From contig JAXDLE010000004.1 in the NCBI GenBank assembly GCA_034666725.1, positions 1-48,703 of the forward strand: a stretch of 48,703 nucleotides of DNA, written 5' to 3'. The position numbers and the translations under genes were made by a program. The DNA is from Chloroflexota bacterium (GTDB lineage: Bacteria > Chloroflexota > Limnocylindria > Limnocylindrales > CSP1-4). The notes below the pieces were generated by a model. It saw only the letters and a program-made list of their open reading frames with translations. It was not told the origin of the DNA and ran no database searches. Of this stretch, positions 1 through 8,217 are shown one piece after another (positions within the stretch are counted from its first letter, which is position 1; each line of letters begins with the position of its first letter).

Positions 1-275
1 AACGTCGCGATCCCGCAGCGCTGCGGCGGGTAAGTTGAGACGAAGGCTGTCGTCGCTATGGAGTCAGTCCTCTCGTGGAGCGGGAGTCCCGAACCGAACA
101 ACAGGCGCACGGCCCGTTCAGGATTGGGTCGACCACGCGGAGGGTCACCACAGACGTGGCGACGCAACCACCGTACCAGACAAGCGTGAGGTGACACCGT
201 GCCGACGTGGGCAACGGCGCCTCATTAAGATCGCGCCGATGGCGTTGGGGGGTTCGAAGCAGAGAGGGTGCGGGC

Positions 276-785
276 GTGACTGATCTACACACCTGGATCG
301 TGTTCATCCACGTCGCCGGAGTGATCATCTTCCTGGTTGCTCACGGCGTGTCAGTCGGTGTCGTCCTGCGCCTGCGCGCCGAGCGCGAGCCGGTCGCGGT
401 GCGGACGCTGGTCGACCTGTCGCGGCGGAGCATGATCGTCATGAGCCTCGGCGCCCTGATGTGGCTCGTCGCCGGGATCGTCGCCGGGTTCACCGGCAAC
501 GGCGGGGCTGGCTGGTGGACGACCGGCACCTACTGGATCTGGGCGTCGCTCGTGCTAGCCATCGTGATCATCGGCCTGATGACGCCGATGGGCCGGATCT
601 ATCTGAACCGCGTCCGCGCGGCCGTGGGCGTTGACCCCAAGACGGGCGCCGTGAACCCGAGCTTCCAGGTCGATGCAGCCGCGCTCGAGACAGCGGTCAA
701 CTCGGGTCAGCCGACAGTGCTGGCGGCGATCGGCGTCGGCGGGCTGCTGATCCTGCTATGGCTGATGGTCTTCAAGCCGTTCTGA
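276..785 (+). CDS. Integral membrane protein (DUF2269-like, about 4 TM helices)
   Basis: ORF track 207..785. It has hydrophobic helices (WIVFIHVAGVIIFLVAHGVSVGVVL, MIVMSLGALMWLVAGIVAGF, YWIWASLVLAIVIIGLM, LAAIGVGGLLILLWLMVF). I prefer the in-frame GTG at 276 because a GAGAGGG Shine-Dalgarno lies about 7 nt upstream and the 207-275 extension is Arg-rich. The family name is from memory only. Confidence 0.55.
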   Translation: MTDLHTWIVFIHVAGVIIFLVAHGVSVGVVLRLRAEREPVAVRTLVDLSRRSMIVMSLGALMWLVAGIVAGFTGNGGAGWWTTGTYWIWASLVLAIVIIGLMTPMGRIYLNRVRAAVGVDPKTGAVNPSFQVDAAALETAVNSGQPTVLAAIGVGGLLILLWLMVFKPF

Positions 786-984
786 AGGTGAATCGGGGCG
801 GATCGGGGGCAAGTCGGTCCGAATCGGCCCGTTCCGTCACAAATTCGGCCTAGCACGGCCTGTAACGAAGGCGAAACGAAAATTGCCTGCGGGGTTGGCA
901 AACCGGTTCAACTGTGTAAAACTTCGCCCGCTCCACTGAGAGAGGCTGGTGGGGTAAAGCAACAGGCCGCCGTCAGGAGAGGCA

Positions 985-1168
985 GCAGGCCGAGGAGCTA
1001 CGTCCCCAGACGTCCTCGGACCCAATAGCTACAGACGGTCTTGAGCGCGCCCCAGCGTGCTCGTTCCATCGTCACTTCGTTGACGCCGACCGTCTGCCGC
1101 GTCCTGGCCACGCGACCGCCAGCGATCGAATCCCGGACTGGAGCCGGGCCCGATCCAAGGAGAAGCAA
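985..1168 (+). promoter_or_regulatory. Structured 5' leader of the NlpC/P60 gene; candidate c-di-AMP (ydaO-type) riboswitch
   Basis: A perfect 9-bp long-range helix (cagacggtc 1032-1040 / gaccgtctg 1088-1096) encloses two hairpins (gagcgcg-ccccag-cgtgctc and cgtca-cttcgt-tgacg). Upstream lies the hairpin gagg..acgtc-ccca-gacgt-cctc, followed by GGACCCAAUAGCUAC (1018-1032). That sequence resembles the conserved GGGGACCCAAUAG / ACCCGA.CAGCUAAC segments of ydaO RNAs as I remember them. The last hairpin (gatcg-aat-cccgg-actggag-ccggg-cc-cgatc) abuts the SD AAGGAG (1157-1162). The class assignment is not verified. Confidence 0.35.
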
Positions 1169-1732
1169 TTGACAATCGCCGTGCAGGGCGCCCCCGTCGC
1201 CCGCCATGCCCCGAACAGGGGCGGACACGCTCGTCGCCTGTTCGTTCTGCTGATGGCACTGGGCTTGGCCCTGACCATGGCGTTTGCCGAGGTCACAACC
1301 GTTGCTGCAAGCGGCAGCAGCGCTCAACCCGCGCGGGGCAGCCAGGCCGCGATGATCATGAACATGGTCCGTGACGCGCTAGGCCACCCATTCCGCCTGG
1401 GCACCGAAGGCCCCAGGTACTTCGACTGCTCAGGCCTGGTGTGGAGCGTCTACAAGCGCGCCGGCGCGGCCGCCCGAATCGGCGGCGTGCGGGGCACAGT
1501 GACCCACTACTTCGTCTGGGCCACGAGGCACCACAAGATCACCCGGAGCAACCCGCAGATTGGCGATGTCATCATCTGGGGCAAGCACGGCAAGATCCAC
1601 CACTCCGGCATCTACATCGGCAATGGGCGCGCGATCAGCGCGCTCAACCCAAGATTGGGTGTGCGGAGTCACGCGGTCAACGGAATCGGCATGCGCGTCT
1701 TTGGCTACATCCACACGGGCATCAGCCACTGA
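1169..1732 (+). CDS. Secreted NlpC/P60 (C40) family cell-wall peptidase
   Basis: It has an N-terminal signal/TM segment (RRLFVLLMALGLALTMAFA). The catalytic Cys motif is FDCSGLVWSVY and the His region is GDVIIWGKHGKIHHSGIYIGNGRAISA. The TTG start at 1169 is preceded by AAGGAG 7 nt upstream. Confidence 0.9.
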   Translation: MTIAVQGAPVARHAPNRGGHARRLFVLLMALGLALTMAFAEVTTVAASGSSAQPARGSQAAMIMNMVRDALGHPFRLGTEGPRYFDCSGLVWSVYKRAGAAARIGGVRGTVTHYFVWATRHHKITRSNPQIGDVIIWGKHGKIHHSGIYIGNGRAISALNPRLGVRSHAVNGIGMRVFGYIHTGISH

Positions 1733-1766
1733 AATCAAGTCTCGACACAAGCCCGTCGAGAGAGCG

Positions 1767-1801
1767 ACGCGGTCGGCGCAAGCCGGCCGCGTTTGTTTTT
1801 G
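1767..1801 (+). terminator. Rho-independent terminator downstream of the NlpC/P60 gene
   Basis: An 11-bp GC-rich stem (acgcggtcggc / gccggccgcgt, one G-U pair) carries a GCAA tetraloop and is followed directly by TTGTTTTTG. It lies 35 nt after the stop codon. Confidence 0.75.
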
Positions 1802-1852
1802 CCCTGGGCGCTCCGGGAAGGCCGCGATTGCCCGTGTAGCATCCCGCGTGAG

Positions 1853-4234
1853 ATGGTGCTGACGGATAAGCCCACGGACATGCCGACCGACATCGACGCC
1901 CTATTCCGCGCTTCCGAGGCCGATTTCGCGCGCTGGGAAGTGGTCAAGGACCTGATCGACTCGTGCATCGACCTGATGCTCAACTACCGCCAGAGCGGCC
2001 ATCCCGGTGGATCGCGCTCCAAGGTCCACCAGATGGTCGCGCTGCTGCTTTCAGGGGCGATGCGCTGGGACGTGCGGCGGCCGTGGCTGCCGTTCGGCGA
2101 CCGCTTCGTGCTCAGCGCTGGGCACACCGTGCCGCTCGTCTACGCCACGCTGGCGGTGATGAACGAGGCGCTGCGCGCGCGCCATGAGCGTGATGGTGAC
2201 GCACAGTTTGCATTCCCAGATAACGGCCGCTGGGCGCTCACCTGGGAGCAGCTCCTGAAGTTGCGCCGTCGCGGCGGGCTGCCGGGCCACGCCGAGATGG
2301 AAGGCAAGACGCTGTTCCTGAAGTTCAACACCGGCCCGTCGGGTCACGGCATGCCGCCCGCCGCGGGCGAGGCGCTCGCGCTCAAGCACGCCGGGGCGGA
2401 CGAGGTCAAGGTCTTCGTCCTGGAGGGCGAGGGTGGGCTGACCCCTGGCGCCGCCCACGAAACACGCCACACCGCCTGGGGCCTCGGGCTGAACAACCTT
2501 GTGTTCCTGCTCGACTGGAACGACTACGGCATCGACGAGCGGCCACTTTCGTCCGTCGTTTATGGCACGCCCGAAGACTGGTTCGTGCCCTACGGCTGGC
2601 GCGTCAACGGCACCGAAGAGGGCTCCGAGTGGGGGCCGGTCACGCAGGCGGTCCTCGAAGTGGCGCGCGGCGCGAACCCTTCCAAGGTTCCGTCCGTTGC
2701 GTGGTTCAAGACGCGCAAGGGCCGCGGCTACGGCAAGTACGACTTCAAGAGCCATGGCACGCCCTGGCCGATGAACGCGCCCGAATTCTGGGCCGTGCGT
2801 AAGGAGTTCGCCGCGAAGTACGGCATCACATATGAAGGCATGGACGAGGCCGCGCCCGCCGACAACGATGCGCGCGACGCCCAGGCGCGCGCCAACTTCC
2901 AAGCCACCTTCAGCGTCCTGCGCAACGATCCGGCACTTGTCACCTGGCTGAGCGATCGGCTGCTCGAAGTGGCGGCCACCGTGCCGCAGGAGGTCGACGG
3001 CCTCAACATCGGTGGCAAGGGCGCGTCGATCTACAGCGACCAGAAGATCCTGGATGCCAAGCAGTACCCGGCCGACCTGTGGAAGCAGCCCGGCGACAAG
3101 CAGCCTAACCGCGCCGCGCTCGGCAATTGGGGGGCGTGGGTGAATGCCTATGCCAAGGCGGAGTACGGCCGACCGCTGTTCATCGGTGCCTCAGCCGACC
3201 TCGCCGAGTCGACCAATCTGGCCGGCTTTGGCAAGGACTTCGGCGATCTCCCGGGCTGGGGCTGGTACGAGCGCGACACCAATCCGCGCGGCACGGTCCT
3301 ACCCACGCAGATCACCGAGTTCACCAACGCCGGTCTCGCCGTGGGCATGGCGACGGTCAACATGGCCGCCAACCCATTCGATGACTTCAACGGCTTCTGG
3401 GGCACGTGCTCGACGTACGGCTCTTTCTCGTACCTCAAATACGGCCCCATGCGCCTGTTCAGCCAGCTGGCGCAGGACTGCGAGCTGAAGCTCGGCAAGG
3501 TGCTCTGGATCGCCGGTCACGCCGGCCCGGAAACGGCCGAGGACTCGCGCACCCACTTCGGCATATTCGAGACGGCGGTCACCCAGCTCTTCCCCGAAGG
3601 CCACGTGATCGATCTTCATCCGTGGGAATACAACGAGGTGCCGGTGCTGCTCGCGGCCGCGCTCGCGACCGACGTGCCGATCGTCGCGCTGCACCTCACG
3701 CGGCCCGCGGTGGAGATCCCGGACAGGGCTGCGCTGGGCATGCCGTCGCACTTCGAGGCGGCCCGCGGGGCCTACGTCATGCGCGAATTCAAGGCCGGCC
3801 AGCCGCACGGCGGTACGGTCTTCGTCCAGGGCACCACCACGACCGCCAACGTGATCAAGCTCCTGCCCAAGCTCGATGAGCTGGGCCTCAACGTCAAGAT
3901 CGTCGTCTGCGCTTCGCCGCAGCTGTTCGCCATGCAGGATGAGGCGTATCGCGAGTCCGTCGCGTCGCTCGGCGACCGCTGGGACGGCATGGCCGTGACG
4001 AACCGCGCGTGGCAGACGATGCGCCACTGGATCGGTGGCCCCATCGCGCGCGATTACTCGCTGACGTCTGACTGGGACGATCGCTGGCGCACCGGCGGAA
4101 CCGTCGACGAGGTAATCGACGAGGCGCACCTCGGTCAAACGCACATCCTCGAGGCCATCCAGCGGTTCGTGAGCGACCGCCAGGTCCGGCTCGCGCGCGT
4201 TCGCGAGCTCGCCGAGGCCGCCGCCGCCCACTAA
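1853..4234 (+). CDS. Transketolase-family thiamine-diphosphate enzyme (unusually long, about 793 aa)
   Basis: Motifs seen: NYRQSGHPGGSRS (TK His/GHPG region); the ThDP/Mg-binding region VLEGEGGLTPGAAHE...NNLVFLLDWNDYGID; the Pyr-domain region FIGASADLAESTNL...TEFTNAGLAVGMA; and WIAGHAGPETAEDSRTHFGI. The ATG at 1853 (MVLTDKP) is preferred over the track start at 1793, which lies inside the upstream terminator T-tract. Confidence 0.85.
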   Translation: MVLTDKPTDMPTDIDALFRASEADFARWEVVKDLIDSCIDLMLNYRQSGHPGGSRSKVHQMVALLLSGAMRWDVRRPWLPFGDRFVLSAGHTVPLVYATLAVMNEALRARHERDGDAQFAFPDNGRWALTWEQLLKLRRRGGLPGHAEMEGKTLFLKFNTGPSGHGMPPAAGEALALKHAGADEVKVFVLEGEGGLTPGAAHETRHTAWGLGLNNLVFLLDWNDYGIDERPLSSVVYGTPEDWFVPYGWRVNGTEEGSEWGPVTQAVLEVARGANPSKVPSVAWFKTRKGRGYGKYDFKSHGTPWPMNAPEFWAVRKEFAAKYGITYEGMDEAAPADNDARDAQARANFQATFSVLRNDPALVTWLSDRLLEVAATVPQEVDGLNIGGKGASIYSDQKILDAKQYPADLWKQPGDKQPNRAALGNWGAWVNAYAKAEYGRPLFIGASADLAESTNLAGFGKDFGDLPGWGWYERDTNPRGTVLPTQITEFTNAGLAVGMATVNMAANPFDDFNGFWGTCSTYGSFSYLKYGPMRLFSQLAQDCELKLGKVLWIAGHAGPETAEDSRTHFGIFETAVTQLFPEGHVIDLHPWEYNEVPVLLAAALATDVPIVALHLTRPAVEIPDRAALGMPSHFEAARGAYVMREFKAGQPHGGTVFVQGTTTTANVIKLLPKLDELGLNVKIVVCASPQLFAMQDEAYRESVASLGDRWDGMAVTNRAWQTMRHWIGGPIARDYSLTSDWDDRWRTGGTVDEVIDEAHLGQTHILEAIQRFVSDRQVRLARVRELAEAAAAH

Positions 4235-4245
4235 GAGGAGGGCTC

Positions 4246-4701
4246 ATGTCACCTCGAACTCGCGGGGTTGGCGCGGTTCTTGTCGCCGCACTCGTCTTTG
4301 CGATCTTGACCTGGCTGGATGCGGCCGTGCTGGCTCGCGGACGGGCCGAGGCATTGGCGACATTCAACATCGGCAGCTTCGTGTGGCTGGGAACATTTGG
4401 AACCGTGGCGATCGCGGCTGCTGCGATCCTGTTTGGCGGCCTGGCGTGGTGGTCGCGCTCATTGCTGGCCAGCGCGGCCTTCCTGATCGGAGGAGCCGCC
4501 GAAACGCTGGTGCTGCCGGTCGTGTACAGCTTCACAGGTGATTGGCCGCTTGGACTCAATCAAGCTCTCATCTGGTGGCTCACGACGACAACAGGTCCGC
4601 TCAACGCGGCGAACGTCCTTGGCGCGGCACTCGTTGTTGCCGGGGTGATCGGCCTCTACCGCTGGGCCTTCACCCGGCGCCTCGCGGTCGTCGATCGCTG
4701 A
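4246..4701 (+). CDS. Hypothetical membrane protein (4 TM helices)
   Basis: A strong SD (GAGGAGGG) lies 5-6 nt upstream of the ATG. The sequence is hydrophobic throughout and has GC-rich third codon positions. I recognised no family. Confidence 0.6.
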   Translation: MSPRTRGVGAVLVAALVFAILTWLDAAVLARGRAEALATFNIGSFVWLGTFGTVAIAAAAILFGGLAWWSRSLLASAAFLIGGAAETLVLPVVYSFTGDWPLGLNQALIWWLTTTTGPLNAANVLGAALVVAGVIGLYRWAFTRRLAVVDR

Positions 4702-4770
4702 AACCGCCCTGCAACGTGACGCGCCCGGCGGCTGAGTCGGCCTGACCCGGCGCGCGGCTAGGGTCGGCGC

Positions 4771-5241
4771 ATGGCAAAGATCGAACGCTCTATCGAAGTC
4801 AACGTGCCGCTGAGCACGGCCTATAACCAGTGGACGCAGTTCGAGGCATTCCCGCAGTTCATGGAGGCCGTCAAGCGCGTCGACCAGGTCGACGACAAAA
4901 CGCTCGAGTGGACGGCCGATATCGCCGGACATGAGCGACGCTGGACCGCCGAGATATACGAGCAGGAGCCCGACCAATCGGTCGCGTGGCGCTCAATTAC
5001 GGGCGCACGCAACTCCGGTCGGATCACGTTTCAGGAAGTGGCGCGGGGAACCACGCGGGTGATGGTGACGATGGAATGGGAGCCTGAAGGTGCGATCGAG
5101 AAGGCCGGCGACTCGCTCGGCTTCGACGACCGCCAGGTCGAGGGCGATCTGAAACGTTTCAAGGACTTCATCGAGGGCCGCGGCGCCGAGACGGGCGCGT
5201 GGCGCGGCGAGATTGCCGGCGGAGTCGAGCACCGTAGCTAA
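4771..5241 (+). CDS. SRPBCC superfamily protein (polyketide cyclase/dehydrase, CoxG/COQ10-like)
   Basis: The N-terminus IERSIEVNVPLSTAYNQWTQFEAFPQFMEAVKRV and the segment WRSITGARNSGRITFQEV...TRVMVTMEWEP are typical of this fold family. Confidence 0.8.
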   Translation: MAKIERSIEVNVPLSTAYNQWTQFEAFPQFMEAVKRVDQVDDKTLEWTADIAGHERRWTAEIYEQEPDQSVAWRSITGARNSGRITFQEVARGTTRVMVTMEWEPEGAIEKAGDSLGFDDRQVEGDLKRFKDFIEGRGAETGAWRGEIAGGVEHRS

Positions 5242-5243
5242 CC

Positions 5244-6065
5244 TCAGCCGAGGACGACCAGGCCGACTCCCGCAGCGACGACGAGGGCACCGGTCCACCG
5301 GCTCGGACCGACCGGTTCCTTGAGGATCACGGCGCCCAGGAAAACAGCGAACACAACCCCGACCTCGCGCACCGCGGCGACGCTGGCCGCGGGAGCCAGG
5401 CTCAGCGCCACGAGTACGAGGCCATACGAAGCCGTGGTGCCGATGCCCGCGGCGACCGGTTGCCAGTTGATTGCCCTTCGGATGCGCCCCCAGCCGCCGC
5501 GGGCCGCCACGAACAGCACACCGCCGACCGCCGGCGCGACCAGGATCAGGAAGAGGTACGTGATCGGATCGGCGTAGCGCACGCCTTGCTTGTCCATGAG
5601 CGTGTAGCCGGCGATCGCGGTGGCCACCGACAGGGCCAGGGCCACGTCCGACCAGCGTGCCGTGCCGCGCAACCCCCGTACAAGGACCACGCCGAACCCG
5701 ACCAGGGCCACGCCGGCCGCCTGGGTGGGCGTGGAGGCAACGCCGAACGCGATCGAGACGATCAACACGATGACCGGCGCCATGCCGCGCGCGATCGGAT
5801 AGATGAGGCTCATCTCCGCGCGCCGGTAGGCGGTGGTCAGCAGATAGAAATAGATCAGCTCCAGGACGGATGACGCGACGATCCACGGCCACGCCTCGGG
5901 CTGGACGTTCCAGCGCAGTACTGCGAATGGCAGCGCCACCAGCACTCCGCAAGCGATGGCGACCGCGGTGGTGGCCTGGTTGTCGGGGCTGCGGGCGATG
6001 ACCATGTTCCACAGGGCGTGGATGACGGCCGCGCCCAGCGCGACGGCAAGTGCTGCGACTGGCAT
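5244..6065 (-). CDS. EamA/DMT-family transporter
   Basis: About 10 TM helices in a two-repeat layout, with the pattern ALWNMVIARS...YRRAEMSLIYPIARG...AVREVGVVFAVFLGAVILKE. Confidence 0.8.
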   Translation of the reverse strand: MPVAALAVALGAAVIHALWNMVIARSPDNQATTAVAIACGVLVALPFAVLRWNVQPEAWPWIVASSVLELIYFYLLTTAYRRAEMSLIYPIARGMAPVIVLIVSIAFGVASTPTQAAGVALVGFGVVLVRGLRGTARWSDVALALSVATAIAGYTLMDKQGVRYADPITYLFLILVAPAVGGVLFVAARGGWGRIRRAINWQPVAAGIGTTASYGLVLVALSLAPAASVAAVREVGVVFAVFLGAVILKEPVGPSRWTGALVVAAGVGLVVLG

Positions 6066-6122
6066 TCCGAAGGCCGACTAGGAGGCTGGCGTCAAATCGG
6101 TGCCAGCCAGCCGAGTCGGAGG

Positions 6123-7304
6123 CTAGGCGGTCGCGCCGGCCGGCGTCTTTGCGACGAGCTCCTCGAACCGCTCGAGCGCGCGGCGCAGGTTGGGCTGCGA
6201 GTTCGCGTAGCTGATGCGGATGTGGTCGGGGCAGACCTTGCCGAACGCGGTACCGCTCAGGACGCACACGCCGGCCTCGTAGAGGAGCTTCTCGGCGAGA
6301 ACCGAGCCGGTCATCCCCGTGCCGCCGATGTTGGGGAACGCGTAGAACGCGCCACTGGGCATCCGGCAACGCACGCCGGGGATCTTGTTGAGGCCCTCGA
6401 CGACGAGGTCGCGCCGGGCGCGGAACTCGGCGGCCATCGCGTCGACCGAATCCTGCGGACCATTGAGTGCTTCCGCCGCCGCGACCTGCTGGAAGGCGCT
6501 CGTGCCGCTGACGCTGTTGATGATCAGCTTGCTGTACGCGTCGACGAGCGTGGGCGGCACGATCGCGTAGCCCATGCGCCAGCCGGTCATGGCGTACGAC
6601 TTGGAGAAGCCGTCGAGGATGATCGTGCGCTCGGCCATCCCCGGCAGCTTGGCGATCGAGTGGTGCTCGCCCTGGTAGACCAGGCGGCCGTAGATCTCGT
6701 CGGCCATGACGACGATGTCGTGCTCGCGCGCGACCTCGGCAATCGCCTCGAGATCGGACATCGTCAGCACGCCGCCGGTGGGGTTGTGGGGCGAGTTGAA
6801 GATGATCAGCTTCGTCTTGGGCGTTACGAGAGAGCGCAGCTCATCGGGGTCGAAGCGGAAGTCCTTGTCCTCGGAGAGGCGCAGCGGGACGGGCGTGCCC
6901 CCGGCGTAGCGCGTCATCGACTCGTAGATGGGGAAACCGGGGTCGGGGTAGATGACCTCGTCACCCGCGTCGATCAGCGCCAGCAGGGCGTAGAACATGA
7001 CCGGCTTGGCGCCCGGTGTGACCACGACATTGCCCGGCTCGACCTGGAAGCCGCGTCGTGACGTGGAGTCCTTCGCGATCGCCTCGCGCAGCACTGGCAG
7101 GCCGAGCGGCGGCGGGTAGTGCGTGAAGCCGTCGTCGAGCGCTTTCTTGGCGGCGTTGCGGATGTTGACCGGAGTGTCGAAGTCGGGCTCACCGACCTCG
7201 AGGTGGATCACGTCGTGACCCTGGGCTTCCCAGGCGCGGGCCTTGCCGGCGGCCTCGAAAGCGGTCTCCGTCCCGATCCCGACCATGCGCTGTGCGAGCT
7301 TCAT
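6123..7304 (-). CDS. Pyridoxal-phosphate-dependent aminotransferase, class I (aspartate aminotransferase-like)
   Basis: The PLP-lysine motif is GFSKSYAMTGWRMGY. Other matches are NSPHNPTGGV, ADEIYGRLVY and PGFPIYES. Confidence 0.9.
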   Translation of the reverse strand: MKLAQRMVGIGTETAFEAAGKARAWEAQGHDVIHLEVGEPDFDTPVNIRNAAKKALDDGFTHYPPPLGLPVLREAIAKDSTSRRGFQVEPGNVVVTPGAKPVMFYALLALIDAGDEVIYPDPGFPIYESMTRYAGGTPVPLRLSEDKDFRFDPDELRSLVTPKTKLIIFNSPHNPTGGVLTMSDLEAIAEVAREHDIVVMADEIYGRLVYQGEHHSIAKLPGMAERTIILDGFSKSYAMTGWRMGYAIVPPTLVDAYSKLIINSVSGTSAFQQVAAAEALNGPQDSVDAMAAEFRARRDLVVEGLNKIPGVRCRMPSGAFYAFPNIGGTGMTGSVLAEKLLYEAGVCVLSGTAFGKVCPDHIRISYANSQPNLRRALERFEELVAKTPAGATA

Positions 7305-7314
7305 GGCCGAAATC

Positions 7315-8217
7315 CTAGCAGCCGTTCTGTGAACTCCTGAACGGGCAATCGTGCCTAAAGAAGCCCCAACTCTCGATGATGCGGGCGCCGTCCTGGAGGT
7401 GACGCCGGCCGAGTGGCTCGCTCAAGTGCACCGAGTAGGGCACGCCCGGCCCCGGCTCGCACGTCTGCACCCCTGCCAGCGACCAAATGGCGAAGGCGAT
7501 CGAGACGCCGGTTTCGCTGTAGGCAAGAAATGGTTCGAGGATCCGACCTTCCGGGCTCTGCCCGCTGGCACACGCCTGCTCGAAGACGACCACATCGATC
7601 TCGGTCGTGTTGCGGGTCAGATTCTCGCCGTGGGCCAGCTCCCAGCGGCCGAACTGGATCGACGAGGGAGTCGAGGGATACGTGGCTCGTTGCGTCGGTG
7701 GCGTTGGCGTGCGCACCGGCCACATTGAGATTACGGGCAAGCCGTTGTGCAGCTGGATCACCTCGCGCAGGTGGACCATTGGCCGGAAGCTGAGGGTGAC
7801 GGCTCTGTCGACGGATTCGCTGGGGCAGCTCAGGTGCTCGCCGTCCTCGATGTCGATGACGACCGCATTCGCGCCATCGTGGATGTCGATCCACCATGTG
7901 CTGACGCATGACTGCGCCGCCCACCAGATGCGCATCCGTGATGGGTCGGACGGCTCGTTCATCACGTGCGGCGAGGCTCGGTCGATCTCGATCGGTCCGA
8001 TGTCCTCGCAGCTCTGAAGCCGACCGGTGCTATCGCCAACCTGGACCTGCGTGCCGCAGGCCACCCACGGGCCCGGGCTGGAACTCGGACTGGGCTCGGT
8101 GGTCGGCGCCGGCGAAGGCACCGTCGACGGTGTGGGCTGAGTCGCCGTGGGCAACGGCCCCGTCGCACAGCCCGCAAGCAGGATCACTATCGCCAGTAGG
8201 GGCGCGACCTGGTTCAT
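7315..8217 (-). CDS. Lipoprotein of unknown function (Cys-rich extracytoplasmic domains)
   Basis: The lipobox is LLAIVILLAGC, followed by a Pro/Ser/Thr linker. The start overlaps the stop of the upstream gene (ATGA at 8214-8217). Confidence 0.7.
   Translation of the reverse strand: MNQVAPLLAIVILLAGCATGPLPTATQPTPSTVPSPAPTTEPSPSSSPGPWVACGTQVQVGDSTGRLQSCEDIGPIEIDRASPHVMNEPSDPSRMRIWWAAQSCVSTWWIDIHDGANAVVIDIEDGEHLSCPSESVDRAVTLSFRPMVHLREVIQLHNGLPVISMWPVRTPTPPTQRATYPSTPSSIQFGRWELAHGENLTRNTTEIDVVVFEQACASGQSPEGRILEPFLAYSETGVSIAFAIWSLAGVQTCEPGPGVPYSVHLSEPLGRRHLQDGARIIESWGFFRHDCPFRSSQNGC

Noticed and set aside
158-173. GGCGACGCAACCACCG, which resembles the GGGACGCAAAGCC.CCGG core of c-di-GMP-I (GEMM) riboswitches
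   Set aside because: The preceding GNRA-capped P1 hairpin and the tetraloop receptor are missing, and the spacing does not fit.
251-260. tRNA-like T-loop strings (ggttcgaagc at 251-260; gatcgaatccc at about 1124-1134)
   Set aside because: No flanking 5-bp T-stem, acceptor stem or anticodon arm could be built. I found no tRNA in any gap longer than 70 nt.
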